64,000 nucleotides of DNA, from contig MQRK01245180.1 of assembly GCA_001938485.1 (NCBI GenBank), forward strand, positions 41,892-105,891, in the 5' to 3' direction. Positions within the stretch are counted from its first letter, which is position 1, and the number at the start of each line of letters is the position of its first letter. The DNA comes from Girardia tigrina. Lineage: Eukaryota. Below, piece after piece: positions 41,318 to 53,399 of the stretch. Under the pieces are notes generated by a model. That model was not told the DNA's origin. It made no database searches and saw nothing but the letters and a program-made list of their open reading frames with translations. The position numbers were made by a program, and so were the translations under genes.

Positions 41318-41760
41318 CATATTAGAGAAATAAGTAGTCTTCTTGAAACCCATATTATTGAGCATTCACAATCGAGTCAATCAAGAAGGGTTCTTGCTCA
41401 TTAGTTAGATTGTAAAAATAGAATCCCTTTAATTTCAAAATGTGAGTTTTCTTGATTCACACTATGAACGGTAGTTTTGTGAATCATTATTAATAAGACA
41501 CTACAACCCCTTAACAAACATTCCAAATGGAAAAAGTAAAGCCCCTTCAAATCTTAAATTAAATTAAAAAAAGATTTACCATTAATATCCAATGATACAA
41601 ATGAATCAAATACAAATTTTCTTTATCTTCAATTAAATCTAATTTTTAATTTTTTAAAATTCAAGTGATAACTGCCGATGATGGAGAATAAAACTTCGAA
41701 AGATGTTCAATAATCAATTTTTTAAAAAAAGCTTTAACAAAATATTTTTCCTCTATAACA
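41318..41760 (+). mobile_element. Penelope GIY-YIG 3' half plus pLTR, fused directly to the LINE 3' end
   Basis: HIREISSLLETHIIEHSQSS...CESLLIRHYNPLTNI aligns with 22606-23060. Decayed hammerhead ACTG CCGATGA T GGAG..CTTC GAAA GATG TT CAAT at 41671-41711. Confidence 0.8.
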
Positions 41761-42849
41761 ACTCACGATTGAATATTTTTGAAGGGATAATTGATTGATT
41801 AAAACAATAAAAAAGAATTTGCCATAATAATTTAACCAACAAAACATGGTTGCATGACAATGTTATATTCATGTTCCAATATGTACCATTGTATGTATAA
41901 CTTGACGCGGGTTCTGTATAAATTTGTACCTGATAAATTGAGAGAAATATTTCTGTTTGGCCAGACTCAATCTTCAGCTGAAGTGTTTCTAAGCAACATT
42001 AAGACATACGAAAAAATAGTATTTTCTTTTTATTTAGAAATAAATTAATAAATTATTAAATTGAAAATTATTAAAGTTTAAATAACAAATTGATTTTTTT
42101 TCAATTAAATTTTATAATATAATTAATTATAAAAATATAAAATATAATTTATGATTATTTGCATTAAAACAAAATATTCTAAAAATCTGGAGGACGCCTA
42201 TGATCGGGTCGTCTTGTTTGAGTATTGTAAAAAGAAGTTATTTAAATAAACAAGAATATTTTTTAATTTTCTATCTAATAAAATGGATTTTATGTTTGTT
42301 CTTAAAGTCTTTTTCCATCAGAAATTAAGTTGAGTCAAGTTGCAAATGAATAAATAATAAAAAACATTAAAACGGCTCCACCTTTATTCGTCACAATGGA
42401 CATTCGGGGAAGGGAATATTAAACCTGGTTAAAACAATAGAGGCGGTTGATTGCTTGATTAATGTTTCAGTAGTTCCATCTGCGGTTGGCCATTTAATAC
42501 TTAATGACTATGATTTTGAAAGTCACAATCTTTTTGTAATTGCAATTCATATGAAATATAAAAAAATATATAATATCTATGCCCAAGTCTCAACTTGAGA
42601 CAGAAGCAACAGATAAATGACAGTGTTTAATGTGATGACTTTATTGACAATTTATAAAGTAACATTATATTATTTTGTTATCTAAACCCTCTGTCCTGTT
42701 CAAATTGACTCTCCTTGTTTATTGTTTGGGTCAGTATGTCACGAAACATTATTTACAACAAAAAAACCTTTATCTGATTTTTAAAAAAATACTTTATATT
42801 AATCAAAAATAAAAAGCATAGATGTTACAGTCGGATAAACTTAAATTTA

Positions 42850-44005
42850 TTTAATATTTGAGTCTTGTGATCGCCTACTTGCTTTCCACTTTAAGTAATT
42901 TGTGTCATCCCTACACATCACAAACTCAGTGCGTTTCTGCAATTTATCTTTGATGAGTAATTTCAGTTCTTCTTCATGCCCAATTAGCCATCGCTGGTTA
43001 CTTCGTGTCCGTTTAGATCTTCTGCTTGCCCTCCAGACCATTCCTTGAAGGGTATGATTCAAGAACTTCCAGTTTACGATACCTGAAATAGTGATGTGAA
43101 GTAGAGTCTGTACAATAATCTCTTCATGCCTTATTACTGCCTTACTGTCAGGCATCCTAGATTTACGTGGTTTCCTGTCAGTTGAAATCATTATTGAACG
43201 CTTACCTTCATTCCGTTTGAGAGCTGTTGTGACCACTAAGTCATGATCGGATCCACAATCCAATCCCGGATAGCTGCAAGCATCTAACTATCTTATTCGT
43301 TCGATGTCGCTCCGTGAGAAAGATGTCCGACAGCTCCCGCCTTTATTGTACCTGGATGAGTCCTACTCATTCTCTGGATAAGTTTCTATCTAAAAAAGTG
43401 TTCTTCACACGTAATCCACAGGTAGATGCCATCTCTATCAGCAGCTGTCCGTTTTCTGATAGAGTATTTTTATATTAATCAATTTTATATTTATTTTATT
43501 TATTATATTATTATTTTATTATTATTATTTTATTATATTTATTAATTTTATATTTATATTGCTAGCTACTCCACTAGCAAAAGAACCTACAATATTAATA
43601 TTGTCCTCGTTTTCCTTCAATCTTCAATTGAAGTTGCCTCCAATCAGCAGCTCCATTATATTGTTATTTGCATACATTTCTTCTCTCTCCACTATCTCTT
43701 GAAGTTCATGAAAGAAATTAAGTTATTCCTCATGTGTATACCCGCAGCCCATTGAGGTGTACACTCTAGTGATTGTAATTAAACGCCTAAAATATCTATA
43801 AACAAAAACTTGATCATTGATCGGCATGAAGTCAAATTTAGAATGATCAAATTCTTTGATCATTAGTGCAACACCTTTCTCTTTACGTATCCCGGTGGTA
43901 CTGCCACTCTTGAGGATTTTCCACTCGTTGAATTGTGTGATGTCACTCCTCCTCAAGCACGTTTCGGTCAGAATACACAGCTCCGTTCGCGTTTTTTCGA
44001 GAGCC
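42850..44005 (-). mobile_element. LINE apurinic-like endonuclease region (RTE-like), decayed
   Basis: EKGVALMI, IGGNFN, ENGQLLIE and DCGSDHDLVV APE motifs. Confidence 0.8.
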
Positions 44006-44172
44006 CCTAAAATACAAATAATTTATGGGGAAAGAGTTGCATGTGAAGCTTCATTAAACAGGACCCACAATACTAAAATAAATATTCAAGCGACAATCTC
44101 AACCAATTTATTAAAAGTATTTAATTAAAAAGCGATTGAATAATTTGATTACATAACCATTACTTGCAAATA

Positions 44173-45794
44173 CTACCTCCATTCAAATGTATTCGGACAC
44201 GTGAAATAATTCTTATTAAAAAATTAAATTATAAATAATATGTACTTATTTGTATTATAGATGAATTAATTTGATATTTTACGATAATATAAATACAATT
44301 CTAAAATAATTTGAAGAAATCAAATAAAAAAGTAAACTAATAAAAATTTTATTCTCATTTAAAAATTTGTTCTCATATTCAAAAGAATTCGGACAATTAA
44401 TAAAAATTATAATATAAATGTAGGCAATGAATTATTTTAAATTCAATATGGATTATTAGTAAAAACACATGTAGTTATTAATGTTTAAATATTTCAGTCG
44501 ATAAAATTTTCGTTATTTTTAAAATATGGTTCGTGGAAAAAAGATGGATACGGAAATGCGTAAGAAAATATTTGCCATGCATGTTAAAGGAAAATCAGTA
44601 ATGGAAATTTCAAAAACTTTAGAGATAAGTGTGTCGACGGTGTTCGATAACATTAAAAAAGCTAAATGCCGTCAGAATAACTCATCGTCAAAGAAATCTA
44701 GACGACCAAAGTTGACTTCCGCTACTGATAACCGGTGTTTGAAGAGGTTAATTCCTCAACGAAGAAATCAACGAGAAATGGAGTATGCAAACAGGCATTT
44801 CTTCAACTCCGTCCACTTGTCTACGTCGAATACATGAATTAAATTATTCATTCTACAAGGTAAGATTTTCTTAATGAAATATAAGCATTGCGTAACACTT
44901 TTTTCTTAACACAAACCGTTTCTGTCACCTATTCAAAAGAAAAAGAGACTTGAATGGGCTCTTAATCATAGTAAATGGAGCCAAAATGATTGGAATAAAG
45001 TTATTTTTTCAAACGAAATTTGTTTTGAATTGTCTATGGGTAAAAATGGAAAAGACTTAGTACCAAGTCATTATTATCGGTCTGTTTAAATCGAACTCTG
45101 AAATTTCCAGAAAGTGTAATGATTTGGAGTTTTATGGCAAGCAAATGACTTTGTAGTCTTCACTTTATAGAGGGCACAATGAACTCTACAAAGTATACCG
45201 AGATATTAAGGGAAAGTCTCATCCCATCTATTGCGCAATATTTTGACAACGGAAATTTAATTTTTCAACAAGATAGAGCATCTTGTCATACTTCTAAATT
45301 TACAAAAACTTGGATGATGAAAAATAATGTTTTTCTAGACATGACCTTCAGAAAGCCCAGAGTCAAGTCCCATAGAGAATGTTTGGGCATTTATGAAAAA
45401 GGAATTACGAAAAAAACATCCTAAAAATAAAATTGATTTGAAGAATAAAATTTTAGCAATATGGAATAGTTTTCCCATTGATAAATGTCAGGATTTATAC
45501 AATTCAATGAATAGAAGAATGGAAGATGTCATAAAAGCAAAGGGCGATGTTACAAGATTTTAAATAGCAAGTGTCCGAATTCTTTTGAATTTGAGAACAA
45601 ATTTTTAAATGAGAATAAAATTTTTATTAGTTAACTTTTTTATTTGATTTCTTCAAATTATTTTAGAATTGTATTTAGATTATCGTAAAATATCAAATTA
45701 ATTCATCTATAATACAAATAAGTACATGTTATTTATAATTTAAATTTTTAATAAGAATTATTTTACGTGTCCGATTACATATGAATTCGGGTAG
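44173..45794 (+). mobile_element. Full-length but defective Minos-like Tc1 (IR/DR) element with intron
   Basis: TA-flanked ~223-bp TIRs with inner and outer ATTC...TTCGGACA direct repeats. Transposase 44526-45563 reads MVRGKK...YSFYK|KPFLSPIQKKKRLEWA...LHFIEGTMN...FQQDRASCHT...AKGDVTRF*. GTAAGA donor at 44860. Frameshifts and FSNE (D to N). Confidence 0.92.
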
Positions 45795-45796
45795 TA

Positions 45797-46658
45797 TATG
45801 TTATGCCGAATTTGTGTTATGGCCGAATTCACGAATTAGGCAAAATATTTTGCGGAGTTCGTGAATTCGGCAACAGTTTGCTGAAATAGTGTAATTGCCG
45901 AATTTATGAACTGGTCAATTTTTTCCGATTTCACTATTTATATGAAAAATTTTCATTTTAAAATGAAAATTTCTCAATTTATAATAAGAGATTATGCATT
46001 TAATTTTAAAAAATATCAATTTAATATGACAAAAATTAATTTAATATGAAAAAATATCAATTTTATTATGAAAAAAATATCAATTTAATATGAAAATTAT
46101 GTTTTTAATACGAAAAAATATCAAATTATCATTAAAATTTATCAATTTAATATGAAAAATAAATTAAATATGAAATAAATCTTAATTTATTATGCAAAAT
46201 AGATTCCAAATGTAAAGTTTTATTTATAGTTTTTAAACTTCTTCCTTGGTGGCTAGCTGAATTACAAAAGTTTGTATTTTAATAGCATTTTTCATATTAA
46301 ATTGATATGTTTTTCGTATTAAAAACATAATTTTCTTATTAAATCGATATTTTTTCATATTAAATTGACTGTTTTTTCATATTGAATCGATATTTTTCAT
46401 ATTAAATCGATAATTTTTCATATTACATTGATTTTTTTCATATTAAGTACAAAAATTTTCATATTAGATACATATTTTTTCATATTAAATAATAATATCA
46501 ATTTATAATTGAATTAAAAAAAATTTTAAAAAATTGCCGAGTTCGTGAATTCGGTAAGTCGGTTGCCTAATTCGTGAAAATGGTTGCCAAATACATGAAT
46601 TCGGCAAAAAGTTACCGAATTCACGAATTTGGCAATTACACAAATTCGGCATAACATA
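45797..46658. mobile_element. Foldback-type MITE with modular repeats
   Basis: TA-flanked perfect TIR TATGTTATGCCGAATTTGTG. Outer GCCGAATTCACGAA modules and inner ~20-bp AATTTAATATGAAAAAATATC modules are mirrored on both arms. Confidence 0.88.
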
Positions 46659-46684
46659 TACATTGTTTTGATCATCTTTTGTTT

Positions 46685-46723
46685 TGTCTGATGATGACGG
46701 GTGATCCGTCGAAATTAATCACA
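46685..46723 (+). ncRNA. Intact minimal type I hammerhead ribozyme
   Basis: TGT CTGATGA T GACGG-GTGAT-CCGTC GAAA TTAA TC ACA. All core nucleotides are present, stem II is a perfect 5 bp, and the AUC cleavage triplet ends at 46720. Confidence 0.85.
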
Positions 46724-47159
46724 TTACTCAAGATTTTTTAAATGAAATCAGATATTAAAAATCTTGGCGGTGAATTCACCAATTAAACAGAAATCCTCCG
46801 ATTGTGAAAAGCTCAATTTCCTCTCGATCGTCGTCTAATTACAATAATTACATAAGCAAATCCACAACAAAATTCTCTATCTCAAGTGCCTGTCTTTGTC
46901 AAATCTCGTTGGTGATCCGAATAATTATCTCGCCAAAATTTACTTAAATAATAACTAAGATAATTGGGATATTATATCAACTGTCTTTTATGATTGATTT
47001 CCTGTTAGTTTATTATATTGTTAATTAAATTCATTAAATTAAAATTTATTCTTTTATATTTTTTAATTATAATTATTATTTTTCGTCAAAAGAGCTCATT
47101 GAAACATCAGTTTCAGTTAGCTCTTTTATAGCTATAATGAAAAGTAACTCGTAAATTCA

Positions 47160-47741
47160 CCCTTTGGAATTTCAAATGCTGAAATTATATTTAGAATATA
47201 TTGGACCCTACAAATAAGTAACGCATCTAGTGAAAGGTCATTTTCAGTATTGAAGCTAGTTAAAAATTTTTTGAGGAATTCTCTTGGACAAGATAAATTA
47301 CATACACTAGCTCTGTTACAAATAGAATTAGAGTTTATGGGGTCGTTCGACTATAACGACATAATTGATAATTTTTTTTCAAGAAGTCACGAAAGAAGAA
47401 TATTCAATAATACATAGTTATTAATATTTTTAATTACACTTTTTATTTGAAAAATGTATACGTTTCATTCATTTTATTTTCTTATGCAATGCAACTTCAT
47501 GAATTATCATTATATGAATTCAGATTTGAATTTTTCTTAGATGTATTCTTATATTTAATTTACAATTTTTTAAATGTTATTTCTTATATTTAGCAATAAA
47601 TTTTGTGGTATACTAAAATAAATATTATTTATGCAAATTCTATTGTAACTTATTATATTTCTTAATAAAAAAAACATTTCATGAAAATTGCCCCAGTTGC
47701 GCAGTTTACCTAGGGCACGTAGGTATGTAAAAGTGATACTG
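47160..47741 (+). mobile_element. hAT transposon 3' end (dimerisation domain plus terminus)
   Basis: TLQISNASSERSFSVLKLVKNFLRNSLGQDKLHTLALLQIE, with a terminus ending ...ATACTG. Confidence 0.85.
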
Positions 47742-48070
47742 TATATACATATAGTATATTACAGGGTTTTTTAAGGTTTCCAGCTTGGTGTAACCTAAGA
47801 AAATGTGTGTGTACAGTATAACATATTTATTTTTACTCAAAAATTGTTATATCACACATGCACACAAAATTTAAAGGGTTAAGAACAAAAGAATGTCTTA
47901 TACTTATTAAATAAGTATACAATTATAAATGACCTTCTGTAGGAGCGTATATGTGGGAGAGGGAGAGAGAGTTGGTGGAATAGTAGTGTGTGTATTTTTA
48001 ATGAACTCATGCTTTACCTATAAATAGCTAAATTTTTGGGTTACATCTACAAAAGTTGAGTGTACATTGT

Positions 48071-48074
<4 letters not shown>

Positions 48075-48120
<46 letters not shown>
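48075..48120. repeat. (TA)n microsatellite
   Basis: Direct reading. Confidence 0.95.
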
Positions 48121-49553
48121 CATTGTATAATATACTATATTATAGACTGATGGTATATACATATACACTCTTGATACATATACATAAATACTTATATATA
48201 TATATACATACATATAAATTTTAATAAAAAAATTAAAATTTCAGTTAAATCTGATAAAAAGAAATTTTTCTCTTCCAACGAAAATAATATAAAAAGAAAA
48301 TGTTAAATATTTTCCCTTTGAAAAAGTGTCATAAAACTGCCATTGTATTATTTGGACTTGACAAAAGAATTTACAAACTATTCTGGAAATATTAAATTCG
48401 TTCAAGCAAATTTTTTTATGTCTTTCTTTTATTTGTTTTAATCAATCGATTCTCCAACAAAAATTCGTAAGCAAAATGATTAAAGAAAATTCATAATTTA
48501 TTATAATTTCTTCTAAATTATTCTTTCTTTTTATTAACATTTTACAATTCATTTCTCTCTCGTTTTTCAAATTGAGGAAATCTTTGAAACGAATGTTTAA
48601 TTATCCGTTAAATGACTCTAATGAACTAATTCGTAACTAATTTGCAAAAAATATATTAAAATAAATAAATTTTACATAATATTTAACAATTATTTTCCTT
48701 GAAAAAAGGTTGTCTGAAAATATTTTGTTAAGAAATTCTTCTACCCACAAGAACAGATTTTCTCATTTAGTTTTTATTCAGACAAATCAGTCTGACAAAA
48801 GGTTGTAACAAATTGATTGTCTTACGGAACTTAGGAGAGCGTCGCAGTTGCCATAGCTTTATTTATTGTTAAAAATGATATTGTATGAAGAAATGAAATA
48901 TAAAATATTATTCGATTTGTAATCTTTTGAAACTAATTCTTTATCATATATTTTGACTTGAATTACTAGTAATAATGCTGCGAAAATCATTTATTATACT
49001 TTATATTTTTTAAATATTACATAACAAGTTATACAAATGTTTTGAAATAATATCATTTTTGATAATAATAAATATATTATTTATATTTTCTGTTCCAATA
49101 CTCAATGGCATTGTTTGTTGGTCAAATGGTAACCGATTTAACAAATTTCCATTAGATAAATTATTTTGATGCGTAAGACATTCATTAAAACTCTCTGTTT
49201 TTAGATAATTTGTTTTTATTTGCCACTTTATTTATTTTTTTATTTAAATAAAATCTATTTATTAACCTTGTATTTAATACTGAGAGCAACAAACAATACT
49301 AAGCCAACGAATAAAAAAAATAAATATTATAAAATTATGAACCGAGTGCTGCATAATCATCAGTAAAACCATTGAAAAATTACAATTTAAATTAGTTGAA
49401 ACTCGGAATTTAATTATATATGGCTTAGGAGTAACTTCAACAGAGGATACAAAGAAATGGTTGTGTCTGGTGGAAGGAGAGCAAAGATTTCTCAATTTCG
49501 TCTCAAAGAAATGAAGTGTTACCTATGCAAACAGAATGATGAAGAGTCTAAAA

Positions 49554-50425
49554 CAGGGGTAGTCAACCTTTTCATACCTATAGCCTACTTTTTCACCTCG
49601 AATAGTAGTACAATAATTTTACCGCCCACCTTTTCTACAGTATTGATAATTGATAAAGTAGGAATGTTTCGACAATTTATTAAGTAGAGTTACAGAAAAT
49701 TAAAGCATAAAAATACAATATTTTAGTACACTAGAAAATATCTATGACAATATACAGCATCATGACAATGTACCTTATTGATACTGTATCACAGGTCTTC
49801 TACTTAAAAACTAATGATAAAACACATATTTCTATATTCATTTATTAATACTTTAATATACATAGAGTATACATTCCATTGCAATTAAATGTAATTTACT
49901 AATTGTAGTAATGGGATCATTGATGCTAATGCCGCAAAGTTAAACATTTATTAAAATATTAAACGTGCATAAGAAGAATAGCGAAATTCAAATTACATTT
50001 CATATTATGGTTCTGTAAGTTCTTTAGTCTATGGAACTGGAGAAATGTAAAAGGATTCTAATTAGAAGTGTCAAAAATAAAAACAAACGATGTGCTTTTA
50101 ACTCCTATTGTGTGATGTTTAGTGAGAATTATTATGTATATGAATACCAAAAAGCAGTAAACTCCAGCACCAAGAATAAGTTGGGTGATAAATACAAAAG
50201 CAAATAATTCGCACGCATTATTTAAGTACTTTTATAGCTTTGAATCGTTGTACATCAAAACACAACATATACCTGAAAAGCTAAAAATCGAATATGCCTG
50301 ATAAATAAAAATGTTTTTTAATAATATTTTCAACAATATATTGTTTTCAAAAACAATTATATTTTTACTAACAGGAAAATGTTTTTATATCGGAAAACAT
50401 CCCACTGCCCACCAAAAACTCGTAG
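49554..50425 (-). mobile_element. Non-autonomous hAT (Buster/Charlie-type) element
   Basis: Terminus CAGGGGTAGTCAACCTTTT preceded by GTCTAAAA (TA at positions 4-5). CCGCCCAC subterminal motifs and a QHQ*SH* C-terminal remnant on the minus strand at ~49911-49930. The other end is truncated. Confidence 0.75.
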
Positions 50426-51760
50426 ATAAGATAATTATTTTTGCGAATATTTAGAACGTGTTAAGTATTTTTAACAAAGTGGAAGAGACACTTGTTTGGA
50501 CATTTAATAATACTATACGTGAATTAATTACATGATGTTTCTGAGCATACATCCATGGGCGTTTATTTGTATTTATATTTTTGTTTCCAATCAGCTTCAC
50601 CAAAATTGAAAATAACATTATTAAGAAGGCTGTGTACTGCTTTTATAATTCTCTAAACATTGAAAATTTATCAAAAAAGCTTTTTTGCTAATATCAAGAT
50701 TTTGCTAAAAGAATCAATATGAATTATTGAAAAATTTAAAAGGTGTAAAACTTATAGAATTTATTAATCATTATTTTTTTCTGTAAATATATTTATTATA
50801 TTGTTTTTGATAACAGAGCATGCACTGCACTTGCGTGGCCGTTGCGAGCTGATGTTGGGAGGTTGACTGCTGGTCGAGGGGAGCAAAACCGTCTATGAGT
50901 ATATCTGGTTCCCTGGACCCCACTCGAGTCACTCTGACGAAGAAAGAAGTTCGGCATCTGTCTGTGATTGAGAGGGGTCTTGATGATCTGCACGTGCTGA
51001 AGAACTTTCTTTGCGGGATACTTGTTCAACAAATTACAATGACGGGTTCCAATAACATTTAGAAATCGGTTTTGGAATTGTGAATTTGTAAACAATCACA
51101 AATAGAAATAATTTCTCTCAGAGTTGAAAGATTCTCTCTCATAATTTATTTGAAAATTTTGATTAAAAAATACCAACAGATCGAAAGACGAAATGATTAA
51201 TTTTTCGCGCATCATCACAAATATCACAATGATTTTATTGCTTTGAACAAACAATTTTGTAAATTTTTTACATTTACTATGATTGAGATAGGTAAATATG
51301 CAATCAATTAAGTAATAAAATCTCTTGAAAATGTTTTTGAAATTTGAAAATGTTTAACAGAGAAGAAGAGTGTGAAGCTTGAATATTAATTTTTTGATCA
51401 AGTACTCTCTCTCAGTAATTTTTAAATCGATTACACAGAATTTGAAAATCATTTTTCCGATTTTCTTTTTACATTTTAAATTATGTTCATTAAATGTTCA
51501 CAAATAAAAAATATTAATTATTTAATAGAAAAATATTTAATTGTTTATAAGGAAAGAACACATCATTTAAGTCTTATTGAAATTTTTACTATTTGTAAAA
51601 CGCTACTTTCGTATGCTTTGTGTGTAGATGTTATACTCTTTCTTTTGCTTTTGTACAAAGTCTTGGTATGATTAGTTGCTCTTTGTACATAGGGTTTCCT
51701 GTGTATGTGGAGTGTGATCTATTACTATACATTTTACTTGTAAAACGGTTACTTTTGAAG

Positions 51761-52000
51761 ACGATTTGTTTTTCGAGAATCCTCAAGATCTCACTGACGT
51801 AATCAGTGAGTTAGAGGCCAACAATTTGAGTCTCATTGAAAACGTTCAAGAACAAGAAGAAATGTGTGATCAAAGGAAGTAGAGAATCGAAAATATCAAG
51901 CGCGATATGAATCAACAAATGTCACAGATTAACAAACATATTGTTGCGGAAAAAAAGAGAAAAGATCTTTAACTTAGAGGATTCGATAAATTGCATCAAT
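51761..52000 (+). pseudogene. CFAP100/CCDC37-like exon fragment with in-frame stops
   Basis: DLFFENPQDLTDVISELEANNLSLIENVQEQEE resembles the CCDC37/38 motif YF..PQ.L......LEE.NL.LI.N.QE.EE, followed by coiled coil with TAG/TAA stops. Confidence 0.6.
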
Positions 52001-53067
52001 GAAACGGAAAAGTTTTTAGACAAATCCGCCAACATCGAGGTGCCAAACATTAGCATTATATTTTATAGAAAAAACAATCGAATTTAACACTGGACGTGTT
52101 GGCATATTTATTACTTGATAATCATAATTACAAAAGATAGCTGTGACATTACTTTCAATAGGAAAATAACTCAAATTTAATTTTTAATTAAATTTACAGC
52201 TTTGACAATTGTATCACATTCAAAAATCCAAAATCAATACAATCCAAAAAATGATAGTCTCTGGAAAAAATTGTCAGACAAAATCAAATATGCTAAGGGT
52301 TGTAATTTGCTCAATATATCACAATAATTCAGCAAATCCTTTAAGACGATCTTGTGACCGATATAAATATGCTTCTGTGTCCCATAACATTTGCAAAATA
52401 ATTTTGTTATCGCCTTCATCCAAAGTGGTTTCAACAGATAACGGGGGACAAAATCTTAGAAATGGAACTCGAAGGCTACTGCACCACGCCCTTGCCCGAT
52501 CAACTACTCAACTAATAATAAGAAAATATTTTGAAATTAAATAAGGCAATTAATAAATCAATGGATAATTAATAACAATATAATTAATTACCGTCTGAAC
52601 GTTTTTGGAAGGAACGTGTTTGTGAATGTTTGTGACAATAAATGTTATTTATATGCAATGAGGTTATTTTTTTATTTAATTTTTTTAGAATTATGGTTGA
52701 TATTTATCGTTAACTAGTTATTAATATTTTTCCTTTTTATAATTTATTTGTAGTAAAATTAGACTCATTTTGTTGACTACTTGAGTCTATTTTTACACTA
52801 TTCATTTAAATCTTACAAATAAATTAATTAAAGAATTGATAGAAATAACAGATAATTTGAAAGCTATTGTAATATATTATGTTAAAGATTCTTATTTAAT
52901 TTTAAAAAATAAATACAAAATAACAGAACAATCTTCATTTGAATATTTTTGTAAATACGAAGACATCAAATTTAAATCATATTTTTAGAATAATAGATAA
53001 ATTAGACGATGGTGAAAAGTTAAAAATTATAAAACTAAAAGATTTAAAAAATTTGAAAAAATCGTCT

Positions 53068-53157
53068 AATCGACTATGCTCTTTGATCCGTTGACAGAGA
53101 TGACGAGATGTCTCTCCAATGTATGTGGAGTTACACCCATTACATGTATATTTAAAT
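53068..53157 (-). mobile_element. Penelope GIY-YIG fragment
   Basis: FKYTCNGCNSTYIGETSRHLCQRIKEHSR. Confidence 0.85.
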
Positions 53158-53399
53158 TTCTTTTTAGACTATTTAAAATTCTTTTCTTTTTTTCAATAAT
53201 AATTTTTTTACATTTATTATTTTTTATACAACAAAAAAACCAGAAAGATAATTAATCGTAAACAACAATATCAGAACATAAATTAGTTATTTCAGTATTT
53301 AACGCAAACCAATTAATTAAATCATCATTTAACATTAAAAACATGAAGATCATTTATCATTTGTCAGTCATCAGAGATCGATTATACTCCTGTATGTAT

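Larger units (their letters stand above)
36000..42540 (-). pseudogene. Scattered exon-like segments of a decayed multi-exon gene
   Basis: Exon-like minus-strand blocks, several AG/GT-bounded: ~42380-42520 (KWPTADGTTETLIKQSTASIVL), ~41837-41990 (TLQLKIESGQTEIFLSIYQVQIYTEP...), ~38331-38400, ~38070-38136, ~37115-37214 (YDINWFRRYNKAVST..), ~36244-36358 (NISCSTRSPRCPEDQTVVVS). Several carry stops. Confidence 0.3.

Noticed and set aside
45990-46490. CRISPR-like repeat array
   Set aside because: Tandem degenerate ~20-bp units without unique spacers, mirrored inside a MITE, in eukaryotic DNA.
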